Shown here in pieces: positions 18,236-29,179 of a DNA stretch of 64,000 bases. The translations under genes were made by a program, and so were the position numbers. The notes under the pieces were generated by a model. It searched no databases. It was not told where the DNA came from and saw only the letters and a program-made list of their open reading frames with translations. Numbering within the stretch: the first letter of the stretch is position 1; each line of letters opens with the position of its first letter. This DNA is from Candidatus Omnitrophota bacterium (GTDB lineage Bacteria > Omnitrophota > Gorgyraeia > Zapsychrales > Zapsychraceae): contig JADFYJ010000001.1 of NCBI GenBank assembly GCA_015233115.1, positions 67,084 through 131,083 on the forward strand, in the 5' to 3' direction.

Positions 18236-20511
18236 TGCATAATTTTTTTGTATCGCAAATGGATTATATTTTCTTTGTATATGGGTTATCATTCATTTGT
18301 TTAGCGGCTACATCATTTTTTATGTACCGCGCCAGACCGCAATTGACGTATTGGAAATGGTTTGCTTTGTTTGGAATTTTTCATGGGATAGCGGAATGGC
18401 TGGATATGCTGGTTTTTAGTATGGGAGACGGTTTTTTATTTAAGCTGATCAGGATTTTATTTTTAACTTTATCATTTTTGTGTTTTGTGGAAATCGCCCG
18501 CGCTGAAGCGCAAAAACGCTGGGGCAATATATTGGGGCCATGGGTTTATATTCCGCTTTTATCTTTCACTTTAGGCTCGGGATGGATTTTGGGAGGATTG
18601 ACTGGCGTTAATATTTTGTCGCGGTATGTTTTTGGTGTTATGGGGGGGCTTCTCGCCATAAGCGTAATCTTAACATCAACGAAAAGTGATAAGGGGCGAA
18701 CGCGCTCTTTAGTTATATTTGCTAGTCTTTTGGGATGTTATGTTTGTACTCAATTTGTGGTACCTCGAGGATCATTTTTCCCTTCGTCATTAATGAATCA
18801 AGACACTTTTTTTTCTATTTTGGGTTTTCCCATTCAATTAGTCCGCATGGTTTTCGCCCTCGTTTTAGCTTGGATAGTCTGGTTGAAATATTCACGGTTG
18901 CGTATGCGAATGTTTTCAACGACAGAAAATAAATTGCGTTTTTGGCAAAAGGTTTGGTTTCCGTTAGGTTTTGTTATGATACTTACATTGGGCGGATTGC
19001 TGACTTACTATTCAGGTTATATTAAGGATCAGGAAAGCCGGCGTCATTTGCTGGATAATGCAGAAATTGCAGCTAGTTTGATTAATCCAAACAGAATTAA
19101 AACTCTGACCGGAACAGATCAAGATTTGCAGAATGAAAATTATAATAGGATTAGGGAGCAATTTTTGAATATCCTGACTGCTCAGCCTGAGGCATTATAT
19201 GTGTATCTTTTTGGCAAGAAGGACGGGAAAAATATTTTTCTTCTGGATACAGAACAGTCTGCGAAAATGAAATTAGTGCCTTTAGCAAAACCTGGAGAAG
19301 TGTATCCCGAAGACACGGAAATACTGGATCGAATCTTTCAGTCTGGCGGCTCTTGCGTAGTAGGCCCGGAGACGGACAAATGGGGTGCGTTTATTTCCGG
19401 ACTGGCCTCGATTCAGGATCCAGTTACAAACCGTTTCGTCGCGGTTTTGGGAATTGATTATGATGCCTCTCAATGGTCTTTAACCATTAATCGTGCCCGT
19501 TTAATGCCTATTGGAATAACACTATTATTTGGTATATTGTATCTAGTGTTTTTTATGGTTTACAAGCATGAAGAAGCAACTAAGCAGGGGGCGGAAGAAA
19601 GAGAATTGATACAAGTCAAATTGGCTGCTCAGTTACAGGAAAGCCAGGAACATTTGGATATGGCTTTAAAATCATCTCAAATGGGGACCTGGCATTGGGA
19701 TATAGAAAAAGATTATCGTTTTTGGGATGAACAAACTCACCGTTTAATGGGAACAGACCCACGGATTTTTGCGGGATCTTATCAGGAATTTTCCTGTATT
19801 TTACATCTAGATGATCACCAAAAATTAAATGACGCGCTGGCTAGAGCGTTAAAAGATGGTTTTTATGAAACAGATTACCGGGTGATTTGGCCGGATAAAA
19901 GCATTCATTACATTAATTCACGCGGCAAAGTTATTTATGATGACCAGAATAAGGCTCAGCGGATTATTGGTGTATGTTGGGATATAACCGGACAAAAGCG
20001 CGCGGAAAATTTATTATTGGAAAGTGAAAAAAAATATCATGTGCTTTTTGATGAGATGGTCAGTGGTTTTGCATACCATCAATTAATTTGTGATGAAAAA
20101 GGCCAGCCAGTGGATTACATTACTCTTGAGGTAAATAAAGAATTTGAGAAGCTAACGAACGGGCCAAAAGAATTAGTTATTGGTAAGCGGGCTTACGCGG
20201 CAGTACCAGGTCTGGATAAAGAATGGTTGGATATTTTTGGACAGGTCGCTTTGACTGGTCAGCCTTGTCACTACGTGCAGTATGCGTCTAATCTTGGTAA
20301 ATGGTTTGAAGGTTCTGTTTTCAGCGGAGAGAAGGGTTTTTTCGCGGTGACTTTTGTAGATATAACCGATAAGAAAAAAACTGAAGAAGAGCGGAATTCG
20401 CAAATGCAAGAACTTAAAATTTTTTATCAAGCCAGTGTGGGACGCGAAGAGCGTATTGTTGAGCTCAAAGACGAGGTGGAACGATTGAAAAAAGAATTGG
20501 GGCGGCCATGA
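18235..20511 (+). CDS. Membrane PAS/PAC sensor protein without a transmitter domain
   Basis: About 8 predicted TM helices at the N-terminus, a periplasmic-like segment and two PAS/PAC-like regions (WHWD, FWDEQTHRLMG). Coiled-coil C-terminus. No H-box or HATPase motifs. Confidence 0.6.
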   Translation: MHNFFVSQMDYIFFVYGLSFICLAATSFFMYRARPQLTYWKWFALFGIFHGIAEWLDMLVFSMGDGFLFKLIRILFLTLSFLCFVEIARAEAQKRWGNILGPWVYIPLLSFTLGSGWILGGLTGVNILSRYVFGVMGGLLAISVILTSTKSDKGRTRSLVIFASLLGCYVCTQFVVPRGSFFPSSLMNQDTFFSILGFPIQLVRMVFALVLAWIVWLKYSRLRMRMFSTTENKLRFWQKVWFPLGFVMILTLGGLLTYYSGYIKDQESRRHLLDNAEIAASLINPNRIKTLTGTDQDLQNENYNRIREQFLNILTAQPEALYVYLFGKKDGKNIFLLDTEQSAKMKLVPLAKPGEVYPEDTEILDRIFQSGGSCVVGPETDKWGAFISGLASIQDPVTNRFVAVLGIDYDASQWSLTINRARLMPIGITLLFGILYLVFFMVYKHEEATKQGAEERELIQVKLAAQLQESQEHLDMALKSSQMGTWHWDIEKDYRFWDEQTHRLMGTDPRIFAGSYQEFSCILHLDDHQKLNDALARALKDGFYETDYRVIWPDKSIHYINSRGKVIYDDQNKAQRIIGVCWDITGQKRAENLLLESEKKYHVLFDEMVSGFAYHQLICDEKGQPVDYITLEVNKEFEKLTNGPKELVIGKRAYAAVPGLDKEWLDIFGQVALTGQPCHYVQYASNLGKWFEGSVFSGEKGFFAVTFVDITDKKKTEEERNSQMQELKIFYQASVGREERIVELKDEVERLKKELGRP

Positions 20512-21488
20512 AGCACTTAAAATTATTTTTACTGATGGGATTATTATTTTTTTTGGTGGGAGTCCCAACTCTTCAGGCTTCTGAAGTGTCCCGTTTGACT
20601 ATCGCGTTGGATGATTGGGTGGGATATGGTTTATTTTATTTGGCTAAAGAAAAAGGATTCATGCGCGATGAAGGCGTTGATTTGGTTTTTGTCGATGAAC
20701 CATTAGATTCGGCGCGGCGCGACGCTTTTCAACAAGGCATATTAGATTGCGAAGGCGGTACTTTAGATTTGTTAGCTTCAAAAATCGCGCAGAATTCACC
20801 TATTGTCTCAGTCATGGAAACCGACCAATCTTTTGGTTCAGACGGTATTGTTGCCAATGAAAATATTAAAACTTTAGAAGATTTAAAGGGAAAAACCGTG
20901 GCCTTGGCACGCGACGATGCTGGGGAAACTTTTATTTCGGTCGTGTTTCATAAAAAAGACTTGTCTTTTAATGATTTAGTTATTGTGTCTACCGCGCCAG
21001 AAAATGTGGCGGAGACTTTTGTTAAAAATGAGGCAGAGGCATGCGTGACTTGGGAACCGCAAATTTCTCAAGCTCTACAAAAACCTGGCGCGCATATTTT
21101 AACCAGTTCCAGGGAATATCCGGGTATTATCATTGACACGTTGAATGTCAGAAAAGATTTGGTAGAAAAGGATCCTCTCTTGGTGAAAAAACTGATGCGT
21201 GGCTGGTTTACGGCTGTAAAATATTATCAGGAACATCCGGTTGAGGCGAGTGGAATTGTCGCGAAATATTATAAAATGTCTTCAGAAGAATACCGAAAAC
21301 AGGTCGCTGGTTTGAAATGGATCAGCTATGAAGAGCAGAAGAGTATTTTAGAATATAAAAAGTTGATCGATACGTTTAAAGTTATCACTGATATTAAATT
21401 CGAGAACGGCCGGATTTCCCAAAAGTTTGATGGGACAAAATTTATCAATCACACACTTTTGGAAAAATTGTATGAAAATCGTCGTTAA
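20508..21488 (+). CDS. Periplasmic substrate-binding protein (NMT1/SsuA/TauA-like family) with a signal peptide
   Basis: Signal peptide LLMGLLFFLVGVPTLQA. Paralogous to 29892..30875. Sits directly upstream of a Cache-type kinase. Confidence 0.6.
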   Translation: MKHLKLFLLMGLLFFLVGVPTLQASEVSRLTIALDDWVGYGLFYLAKEKGFMRDEGVDLVFVDEPLDSARRDAFQQGILDCEGGTLDLLASKIAQNSPIVSVMETDQSFGSDGIVANENIKTLEDLKGKTVALARDDAGETFISVVFHKKDLSFNDLVIVSTAPENVAETFVKNEAEACVTWEPQISQALQKPGAHILTSSREYPGIIIDTLNVRKDLVEKDPLLVKKLMRGWFTAVKYYQEHPVEASGIVAKYYKMSSEEYRKQVAGLKWISYEEQKSILEYKKLIDTFKVITDIKFENGRISQKFDGTKFINHTLLEKLYENRR

Positions 21489-24400
21489 AATAACCCTTTC
21501 CTTTTTGATTATCAGTTTGATCGTCATTTGCACGATTGGTCCGTTTTTTTATTTTACGTCAAAAGATTATCTGCAAAAATCCTTATATAATAATTTGTCT
21601 GCTACTCTTTCTTCCCGGGTTGATCACATTGAAACATATTTTAAATTGATCAAACTTTTGATTCTGCAAAGATCTAAAAGTGTGGTATTTGAAAATTATT
21701 TGGTTTACCACGACAACGCTGATCCCCGGCAGGCAGAAACTTTGGAATCGGCCAAGAAATTGCTGATGAGGACTAAAGAAGCGGCTCATGAGTTTTATGA
21801 AGTGATGTTATTGGACGCGGCAGGCCGCGTGGTGGTTTCAAGTGATGAAACCAGTGTTGGGCAGGATAAATCCACGGATGCGTATTTTTTAGGAGCGAAG
21901 CGAGATGTTTATGTCAAAGATATGTATTTTTCAGTTTCGAAACATAAGCCGCTCATGGCCGTGTCAGCGCCGATTATTGAAAGCCAAACTAAGAAATTTT
22001 TAGGTGTCTTTGTGGTGCGGCTTATTTTGGATGATATATTCCAAATTTTTACCAATGTGACTGGTTTGGGAGATACCGGAGAAGTTTACGCGGTTAATAA
22101 GTACGGATATATAATTACACCGTCCCGGTTTTCATCTAATATTTTCTTAAAGCAGAAGATTCGGATCGATGACAGCAGGCAAGAAAAAATAATCAATACT
22201 TCGGACCATCGATCATTCAAAGGAAAAATTTCACGTGTTTATCCTAATTATCGAGGTGTACCTGTCGTAGGTGTTTATGAATATTTTCCAGCGATGAAGT
22301 GGAACATTGTCGCTGAAATGGAAGCCAAAGAAGCCTTCGCGTCTTTAGATAAACTTCGCACAATTTCTTTGATAATTTTTTTAATGGTCGCGCTCGCGGC
22401 TTGGTTGTTGGGAATGTTTATTGCCCGGTTAATTGTTGAACCGATCCGTCTGTTGCATAAGGGAACCGAAATTATCGGCGGCGGCAATTTAGATCACAAG
22501 GTCGCAATGCCGATGCAGGATGAAGTCGGTCAATTGTCACGGGCTTTTGATCTTATGGCGCAAAATTTAAAAAAGACCACCATTTCGATTGGGATTTTAA
22601 AGAATGAAATGGCGCAGCGGGAAAAAGTGGAAAAAGCTCTCATGGAGAGTGAAAACCGTTTCCGCTCGTTTTTTCAGGGATCCCGCGACGCGATTATGAC
22701 TATTGAACCGCCTAATTGGAATTTTGTGACAGCCAATCAGGCTACGTTAGATATGTTTAAAGTTAAAAATTTAGATGAATTTATTTCGTTTAGTATTGGA
22801 GACTTATCTCCGGAGAAACAGCCGGGAGGCCGTTTTTCTTCTGAAAAGGCCAAGGAAATGATTGAGCAGGCCATGCGGGATGGGTTCAATTATTTTGACT
22901 GGACTCACAAGAGAATCAACGGTGAAAAATTTCTCGTTACTGTGCTTTTGACTAAAATTGAAAATTTTGGAAAAGCGTTTCTTTTTGCCACGGTTAGGGA
23001 TATTACTCAACAAAAACAGGATGAAGAGCTGCTTAAAGATAATCAGCAGATGTTAGAGATTCAAAAAGGCCAATTGGAAGGAGCGTTAAAAGAATCGGTA
23101 AAATCTCACAAAATTATGGTTAATATGTTGGATGATAATAACCAATTGAGAGCTAAATTTGAGCAGTCTTCACGAAGATTTAAATTAATCTTGGAATCGT
23201 CTGGTGAGGGGATCTTTGGATTGGATAATGAAGGGAAGCACACTTTTGTCAATAAACAAGCCTTAAAATTTTTAGGATATGAAGAACAAGATTTGATTGA
23301 AAAGTCAAGTCATGCTATTTGGCATCATACTCGTCCAGATGGCAGTCCTTATCCCGCTCTGGAGTGTCCTATATACGCGACTTTGCATGATGGACAAATT
23401 CATCAGGGAGAAGAGTATTTCTGGCGAAAGAGTGGGGTTGGTTTTCCGGTTGAATTTAGTTGTTTTCCCCTTATTGAGGGCGGAAAAAGTATTGGAGCGG
23501 TGGTTTCTTTCCGGGACATTACTGAACGTAAACGCTATGAAGAAGAATTGCTCAAGTTAACTCGAGCTGTTAATCAAAGTCCGAGTTCGATTGTTATCAC
23601 CAATACCAACGGTGATATCGAATTTGTTAACCCCAAATTTAGCCAAGTGACGGGTTATTCGCAGGAAGAAGCCATGGGAAAAAATCCACGGGTTTTGAAA
23701 TCTGGAGAAATGGAGCTGGGAGAATATAAAAAGTTATGGGAAACGATCATCTCCGGAAATGAATGGCGCGGTGAATTTCATAATAAAAAAAAGAACGGCG
23801 AGCTGTATTGGGAACAGGCAGCCATTTCACCGATCAGAAATGCAGAAGGCAAAATTACTCATTATTTGGCCATTAAAGAAGACATTACTGAATTCAAAAA
23901 GCAATCCGCGGAAATCCAAAGGATTCGTAAGGCTCTTGATGATTCTCAAGCTCAGCTTTTTCAAACGGCCAAGCTTTCTACTTTAGGTGAAATGGCGACG
24001 GGCTTAGCGCATGAAATCAATCAGCCTTTGGGGGGAATTTCTTTAGTTATAACCATGTTTAAAAAATTTCTTGAGAAAAAGATTTTTACTGAAGACAAAT
24101 TGAGTGCAGGTATTAAGGATATTGAAACTTGCATTAACCGGATGACTCAGACGATTACCCACATCCGTTCATTTGCTCGTCAAGAGAAATTGGAAACGCA
24201 AGAAGTGGATGTGTTATTGACTATTGATTCAGCTTTAATTTTATTAGGAGAACAGCTCAGGATGCGCGAGGTTGAAATCACAAAAATGATCGAACCAAAT
24301 TTGCCCAAAATAATGGGTGAACCGCATCAGCTGGAGCAGGTGTGGATCAATTTCCTTTCCAATGCCCGAGACGCTATGGATTTCAAACAAAAACAAATTG

Positions 24401-24714
24401 AGGAAGGCGCGATCAGTTTAACTGGATATCATAAAAATCTTATTATTACCCTGACGCATGACAAAGACGCTAATATGCTGCTCGTGAGTTTTACCGATAA
24501 TGGCATTGGTGTTCCTGATGAATTTAAGAAAAAGATTTTCGATCCTTTTTTTACGACCAAGGAAGTTGGTAAAGGGACAGGTTTAGGTTTATCAATCAGT
24601 TATGGTATCATTGAATCTCATAAGGGAAGAATCGAAATTGAAAGTAAAGCGGGTGAAGGCGCGGTATTTAAGGTATATCTGCCAATAGAAAAGCGTGACT
24701 ATGTAACAGTGTGA
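21472..24714 (+). CDS. Sensor histidine kinase (periplasmic Cache-like domain, HAMP, three PAS/PAC, HisKA, HATPase)
   Basis: TM helix, periplasmic domain, second TM helix plus a HAMP domain. Multiple PAS domains. H-box [16 protein letters not shown] and GKGTGLGLS. Start uncertain (21430 or 21472). Confidence 0.85.
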   Translation: MKIVVKITLSFLIISLIVICTIGPFFYFTSKDYLQKSLYNNLSATLSSRVDHIETYFKLIKLLILQRSKSVVFENYLVYHDNADPRQAETLESAKKLLMRTKEAAHEFYEVMLLDAAGRVVVSSDETSVGQDKSTDAYFLGAKRDVYVKDMYFSVSKHKPLMAVSAPIIESQTKKFLGVFVVRLILDDIFQIFTNVTGLGDTGEVYAVNKYGYIITPSRFSSNIFLKQKIRIDDSRQEKIINTSDHRSFKGKISRVYPNYRGVPVVGVYEYFPAMKWNIVAEMEAKEAFASLDKLRTISLIIFLMVALAAWLLGMFIARLIVEPIRLLHKGTEIIGGGNLDHKVAMPMQDEVGQLSRAFDLMAQNLKKTTISIGILKNEMAQREKVEKALMESENRFRSFFQGSRDAIMTIEPPNWNFVTANQATLDMFKVKNLDEFISFSIGDLSPEKQPGGRFSSEKAKEMIEQAMRDGFNYFDWTHKRINGEKFLVTVLLTKIENFGKAFLFATVRDITQQKQDEELLKDNQQMLEIQKGQLEGALKESVKSHKIMVNMLDDNNQLRAKFEQSSRRFKLILESSGEGIFGLDNEGKHTFVNKQALKFLGYEEQDLIEKSSHAIWHHTRPDGSPYPALECPIYATLHDGQIHQGEEYFWRKSGVGFPVEFSCFPLIEGGKSIGAVVSFRDITERKRYEEELLKLTRAVNQSPSSIVITNTNGDIEFVNPKFSQVTGYSQEEAMGKNPRVLKSGEMELGEYKKLWETIISGNEWRGEFHNKKKNGELYWEQAAISPIRNAEGKITHYLAIKEDITEFKKQSAEIQRIRKALDDSQAQLFQTAKLSTLGEMATGLAHEINQPLGGISLVITMFKKFLEKKIFTEDKLSAGIKDIETCINRMTQTITHIRSFARQEKLETQEVDVLLTIDSALILLGEQLRMREVEITKMIEPNLPKIMGEPHQLEQVWINFLSNARDAMDFKQKQIEEGAISLTGYHKNLIITLTHDKDANMLLVSFTDNGIGVPDEFKKKIFDPFFTTKEVGKGTGLGLSISYGIIESHKGRIEIESKAGEGAVFKVYLPIEKRDYVTV

Positions 24715-24838
24715 CAATGAAAAAACTATGGGAGAGCAAAACAATCGTATAGATGATAATAATTATTTATGTGATTGAAATTTTTATTTACTCATTTAAA
24801 ATGTTAATACAATTATTACACTAATTTGGAGAAATACC

Positions 24839-26005
24839 ATGATTAAAATTTTGGTGGTTGATGATGAACAATTATTGCGGGATCGCTTGAAAGGGCTCCT
24901 AGAGCTTGAAGACTATGAAGTTTGTCTTGCTGAGAGCGGGTTAAAAGGTTTGGAAGTTTTCAACGAAAAAAAACCCGACATTATTGTTTCAGATATTAAA
25001 ATGCCTGGCATGGACGGTATTCAAATGCTTGAAAAAATTAAAGCTCTTGGTTCGGATGTTGAAGTGATTATGCTGACCGGCCACGGCGGCATTGAAACGG
25101 CCATACAAGCTTTAAAAATCGGGGCATTTGATTATATGAATAAACCGGTCAATTTCGATGAGTTGTGCGTGAATATTACCCGTGCTATCGAAGCCCAAAA
25201 AATGCGCCAGCAATTAAAATCTCAGCAGTCACAACTTTTGCAAGCAGCTAAATTGAATGCTGTGGGCGAACTTGGAGCAGGCGTGGCGCATGAAATGAAT
25301 CAGCCTTTAATGGCCATCGCGTCACATCTGGAAGTTTTACTGATGAACGATGTTATTCTCCAGGATGCCGCGCTTAAAACTAAGATTCTGAAAATAAAAG
25401 ATCAGTTTGCGCGTCTGGGTACCATTGTTAAACGTATGCATGAATATTCCGGCAGTCGTAAAGAAGGATTTATTCAGGAAGATGTGAACCGCCCAATTAC
25501 CGATGGTTTGTATTTGATGAGTCAACAGCTTAAAGACCATAACATTGAATTGACACTGGAACTTGAAAAAGATTTACCGGTTGTACATATTGATCGTTAC
25601 CAAATTCAGGATGTTATCATTAATTTTCTAGTCAATGCCCGTGACGCAGTTGATGAGCGCCATAGTCAAAAAGAAGGCGGCCATATTTGGCTTATGTCTA
25701 AAAAAATGAAAAATGGCAAAGGGATCATTGCTGGAGTTATCGATAATGGCATCCCGGTCAAAAGCGGATCGGAAGACAGTATTTTTAATCCTTTTTTTAC
25801 AACAAAAGCGCCTGGTAAAGGAACAGGCTTGGGACTTTCTGTGTCTTATAATATTATGAAGTCTCATAAAGGCGTTATAGGCTTTACCGCGCTCAAAAAT
25901 GACCGGAAACTTTTTTATTGTGTACTGCCGATCGATAAAAATACCAATTTGACCATTGACCCGGCATTGAATGAAGAATTAAAATCAGAATGGGAAACTT
26001 TATAA
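24839..26005 (+). CDS. Hybrid REC-HisKA-HATPase kinase
   Basis: Receiver domain (ILVVDDE...VSDIKMPGMDG). H-box [16 protein letters not shown] and GKGTGLGLS. Confidence 0.85.
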   Translation: MIKILVVDDEQLLRDRLKGLLELEDYEVCLAESGLKGLEVFNEKKPDIIVSDIKMPGMDGIQMLEKIKALGSDVEVIMLTGHGGIETAIQALKIGAFDYMNKPVNFDELCVNITRAIEAQKMRQQLKSQQSQLLQAAKLNAVGELGAGVAHEMNQPLMAIASHLEVLLMNDVILQDAALKTKILKIKDQFARLGTIVKRMHEYSGSRKEGFIQEDVNRPITDGLYLMSQQLKDHNIELTLELEKDLPVVHIDRYQIQDVIINFLVNARDAVDERHSQKEGGHIWLMSKKMKNGKGIIAGVIDNGIPVKSGSEDSIFNPFFTTKAPGKGTGLGLSVSYNIMKSHKGVIGFTALKNDRKLFYCVLPIDKNTNLTIDPALNEELKSEWETL

Positions 26006-26024
26006 ATAACAAGGAGATATAATT

Positions 26025-26561
26025 ATGGCAGGTACACCAAAGGGTTATGTTTTGCTGGTTGATGATGAAGATCCCATCCGTGAATCATTAGAAGAGCTTC
26101 TTACCGCCTGTGGGTTTAAAGTTTATAACGGGAATTGCGTAGATAACGCGATTAAAGTATTGGAAAAACAGGATGATATCGAAGCCATTGTTAGCGACCT
26201 TAAAATGCCTGGCAAAACCGGTATTGATTTACTGCATTATTTGAACGAAAATAACCGTCAAATTCCGGTTATATTTTTGACTGGTTATGGCACACTGGAA
26301 ACTTGTCAGGAAGCCGTTCGGGAAGGCGCGTTTGATTACATTCTTAAACCTATCGATGATAAAGACAAAGTGCTTTTTCCGTTGCGTCACGCTATTGAAA
26401 AATTCCGTCTCATCAAGAGTAATGAAGAATTAAAAATTGATATTTTGCGTATGGCTGAAGAGCATGAAAAATTATTGGACTCAATTTTAAATGATGCGCA
26501 GACTAAAGATAAAGTACAAGAGAAGATCAATTCAATTGTGCGCAAGTGGGAAACGAAGTAA
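26025..26561 (+). CDS. Single-domain response regulator (CheY-like)
   Basis: VLLVDDED...VSDLKMPGKTG receiver motifs. Strong SD AAGGAG. Confidence 0.8.
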   Translation: MAGTPKGYVLLVDDEDPIRESLEELLTACGFKVYNGNCVDNAIKVLEKQDDIEAIVSDLKMPGKTGIDLLHYLNENNRQIPVIFLTGYGTLETCQEAVREGAFDYILKPIDDKDKVLFPLRHAIEKFRLIKSNEELKIDILRMAEEHEKLLDSILNDAQTKDKVQEKINSIVRKWETK

Positions 26562-26590
26562 TTACTTATTAATAAAGAATAAAAGCAAAA

Positions 26591-26625
26591 AAAGACAGAT
26601 AAAATATATCTGTCTTTTTTTAAAT
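26591..26625 (+). terminator. Rho-independent terminator
   Basis: AAAGACAGAT-aaaatat-ATCTGTCTTT perfect 10-bp hairpin followed by a T-run. Confidence 0.85.
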
Positions 26626-26628
26626 AAA

Positions 26629-26646
26629 CGGAGAGGTAGGGATTCG
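26629..26646 (-). other. 18-nt duplicate of the tRNA-Ser 3' end (T-arm/acceptor fragment)
   Basis: cggagaggtagggattcg is identical to 26735-26752 of the adjacent intact tRNA. Downstream it diverges and does not fold as a tRNA. Confidence 0.7.
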
Positions 26647-26734
26647 GCGCCCTTCGGGTCGGCCACTCGCCTGCTAAGCAAAGGCTCCTACTCGTCGCCT
26701 TTAGCATGCTCTCTTCGAATCCTATATGATAAAA

Positions 26735-26819
26735 CGGAGAGGTAGGGATTCGAACCCTAGAAAGCTTGCGCCTTAACGGTTTTCAAGACCGCCGCATTCA
26801 ACCGCTCTGCCACCTCTCC
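26735..26819 (-). tRNA. tRNA-Ser(TGA)
   Basis: GGAGAGG/CCTCTCC acceptor, CUUGAAA anticodon loop, long variable arm, GGTTCGAATCC T-arm and discriminator G. Confidence 0.85.
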
Positions 26820-26874
26820 GAAAAAAATTACGAAGTAATTTTTTGAGGATCTCGAACCTTTAGGTGAGAGATCT
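26814..26874 (-). repeat. Conserved ~60-nt element upstream of tRNA-Ser (copy 1 of 3), with a GATCTC/GAGATC hairpin
   Basis: agatctctcacctaaaggttcgagatcctcaaaaaattacttcgtaatttttttc on the - strand, running directly into the tRNA 5' end. Near-identical to 43841-43901. Confidence 0.8.
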
Positions 26875-27038
26875 CAATCGAAAGTATCTCAATTATCCAC
26901 ATATACGAATTTTTGTCAAATATTTAGAAAATTTTGAATCTATAAATTTAATTTCCTATTTTTCTCATTTAGGTTAAAATACTAGTTAATTTAACTGGTT
27001 TGATGTGTATTGATTTTAATATTTTACAAGGAGGGTTT

Positions 27039-27566
27039 ATGGAGGGGATGTGGAAAGAAATTTCAGTAGAAGCTGTCAAATTGGGATTGAATCTTTTGGC
27101 TGCCATTTTAATTTTTATTTTAGGGAAATGGGCGGCTAAAATTGTTTCAAAATTTTCTGAAGGGATGATGACAAAAGCCAAAGTTAATCATACGTTAGCA
27201 TCATTCACAAAAAATATTGTTTATTATGGTCTTTTGATATTTGTGGCCATTGCCGCTCTTAATAAAGTCGGGATAGAAACAAATTCATTTGTCGCTTTGG
27301 TCGGCGCTGCCGGTTTAGCCGTTGGTTTTGCTTTACAAGGATCGTTAGCCAATTTCGCGGCGGGGGTTATGATCATATTTTTTCAACCCTTTCAAGTAGG
27401 CGATACGATTGAAGCGGCAGGTGCTATCGGGAAAGTTGAAGAGATCCAAATATTTAATACCGTCTTGCTAGGTGAGGGAAATAAGTTGATTATTATTCCA
27501 AATGGCAAATTAACGGCGGATAAAATTGTAGTCTCATTACCGCAAATGACTAAACCAGAGATTTAA
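27039..27566 (+). CDS. MscS-family mechanosensitive channel, short form
   Basis: TM helices followed by the conserved pore-helix region GAAGLAVGFALQGSLANFAAGVMIIFF and the beta-domain PFQVGDTIEAAGAIGKVEEI. Start uncertain (the ORF opens with TTG at 27000). Confidence 0.7.
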   Translation: MEGMWKEISVEAVKLGLNLLAAILIFILGKWAAKIVSKFSEGMMTKAKVNHTLASFTKNIVYYGLLIFVAIAALNKVGIETNSFVALVGAAGLAVGFALQGSLANFAAGVMIIFFQPFQVGDTIEAAGAIGKVEEIQIFNTVLLGEGNKLIIIPNGKLTADKIVVSLPQMTKPEI

Positions 27567-27695
27567 TGAATTTAAAGGCAGGAGTGTCGCGGAAGTTGAT
27601 TTAAAAAATATTATATTTTTTAAAATGACTTGTCTAAATTTTAATATTTGAATACAATATAAAAAATAAACCTAAATCTATATTTGATTATCTTC

Positions 27696-29147
27696 ATGAC
27701 AAAAAAACCTTTTTCTATTTCTAAATCGATCGAAGATGAATCTTTGATCCGAAAATTTTCGGTCATATTTTTAGTCATTTCATTACTGCCGACTTTAGTC
27801 CTTTTTTATTTTTATACCCAGTTATCTGGGACCGGTTCCATTCAAGTATCCGTTAAAAGTTTAAATTTCGCTCTGACTTTTATTGTTCTCGGCGTTTTAT
27901 TGGGTTATGGCACCATGCGGAGGATTATTAAAAATTTAATTGATTTAGTTACGTCTAATAAAAAAATTTTAGAACGAATATTGAGTCCTCAAAAATTAAA
28001 GGAAATGGGCTCGTCTAAAAATGAAATATCCATACTCACGCATTCTTTTATTGCGATTACCAGTGAGTTAGAAGAAAATGTCCGCGAACTGCAGTTAGCT
28101 AAAAATACCATTTATGATGTGATGAATAAGGTCGCAAAAGGGATGGCGAATATGGATCAGATCGAGACTTTTTTAGATTTGATTCTGGAGACAGTCACAG
28201 AGGCGATGTCTGGTCAGAAGGGTTATATCGTCCGGCTTGAACTTGACAGTAGTTTTAAAATTCATTCCGCGCATGGTGTTGCCCAAGATATTAATATTGA
28301 CCAATTATTATCTCCCGATGATATCACTTTTATTCGGGAAGTTTTAAAATCAAAAAAAGTCGATATTCGCACTAAAGATGATGTGGACTGGGCACAAAAA
28401 TTTAAAAGCGGAATATTTGAATTGCCATTTATTTGCGCTCCTTTAGTTAAGAAGGATGATATTCTGGGAGTATTAATTGTTTCCGGCCGCAAGATGGCCA
28501 GGGATTTTGACGCTGACGAAGGAGATTTAATGGCTCATTTAGCCGCGCAAACGGCAATTGCGATAGAAAACTCAAGGTTAAATAAAGATATTGAACAAAC
28601 GTATTTTGAAACTATTTCCGCTTTAGCTTTGGCGGTTGATGCTAAGGATCAATATTCTCGTGGGCATTTGGATCGGGTCGCTGATTGCGCGGATAAGATT
28701 GGCGTGCGTATGGGGCTTGAAGATAATGAGTTAAAACTTTTGCGAGATGCGGCGCGATTACATGATTTAGGAAAAATTGGTATTCCGGATGATGTATTGG
28801 GCAAAGGATCTCAATTAAGTGTAGAAGAATGGGTTATGATGCGTAAACATCCGGAAATTGGCGAAAGCATTATAAAGCCGGTTAGAACGTTATTACCTTT
28901 GTGTGATTTGATCCGGCACCATCATGAGAAGCTGGATGGTTCTGGATATCCGGATGGATTGAAAGGTAATGATGTCACGCCATTAGTCCGCATCATGGCT
29001 GTGGCAGATATTTACGACGCAGTAACGACTGACAGATCTTACCGGAAAAAAATAACCCCGCATGAGGCTTGCAATATTTTACGCAGTATGGGCAGTCAGC
29101 TAGATCAGGATGTCGTAGACATTTTGGCCGAGATTGTCGAGGAATAA
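27696..29147 (+). CDS. HD-GYP domain c-di-GMP phosphodiesterase with an N-terminal TM and GAF-like sensor region
   Basis: RLHDLGKIGIPD and HHEKLDGSGYPDGLKG signatures. Two N-terminal hydrophobic helices. Start uncertain (TTG at 27684 or ATG at 27696). Confidence 0.8.
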   Translation: MTKKPFSISKSIEDESLIRKFSVIFLVISLLPTLVLFYFYTQLSGTGSIQVSVKSLNFALTFIVLGVLLGYGTMRRIIKNLIDLVTSNKKILERILSPQKLKEMGSSKNEISILTHSFIAITSELEENVRELQLAKNTIYDVMNKVAKGMANMDQIETFLDLILETVTEAMSGQKGYIVRLELDSSFKIHSAHGVAQDINIDQLLSPDDITFIREVLKSKKVDIRTKDDVDWAQKFKSGIFELPFICAPLVKKDDILGVLIVSGRKMARDFDADEGDLMAHLAAQTAIAIENSRLNKDIEQTYFETISALALAVDAKDQYSRGHLDRVADCADKIGVRMGLEDNELKLLRDAARLHDLGKIGIPDDVLGKGSQLSVEEWVMMRKHPEIGESIIKPVRTLLPLCDLIRHHHEKLDGSGYPDGLKGNDVTPLVRIMAVADIYDAVTTDRSYRKKITPHEACNILRSMGSQLDQDVVDILAEIVEE

Positions 29148-29179
29148 ACTATATTTGAAATTGTCATTATTTTGTATTA

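Noticed and set aside
26647-26730. Additional tRNA (for example tRNA-Sec) between the 3'-end duplicate and tRNA-Ser(TGA)
   Set aside because: GGATTCG...CGAATCC could form a 7-bp acceptor. However no D-arm or anticodon-arm pairing could be found by hand. The interior does not match any cloverleaf.
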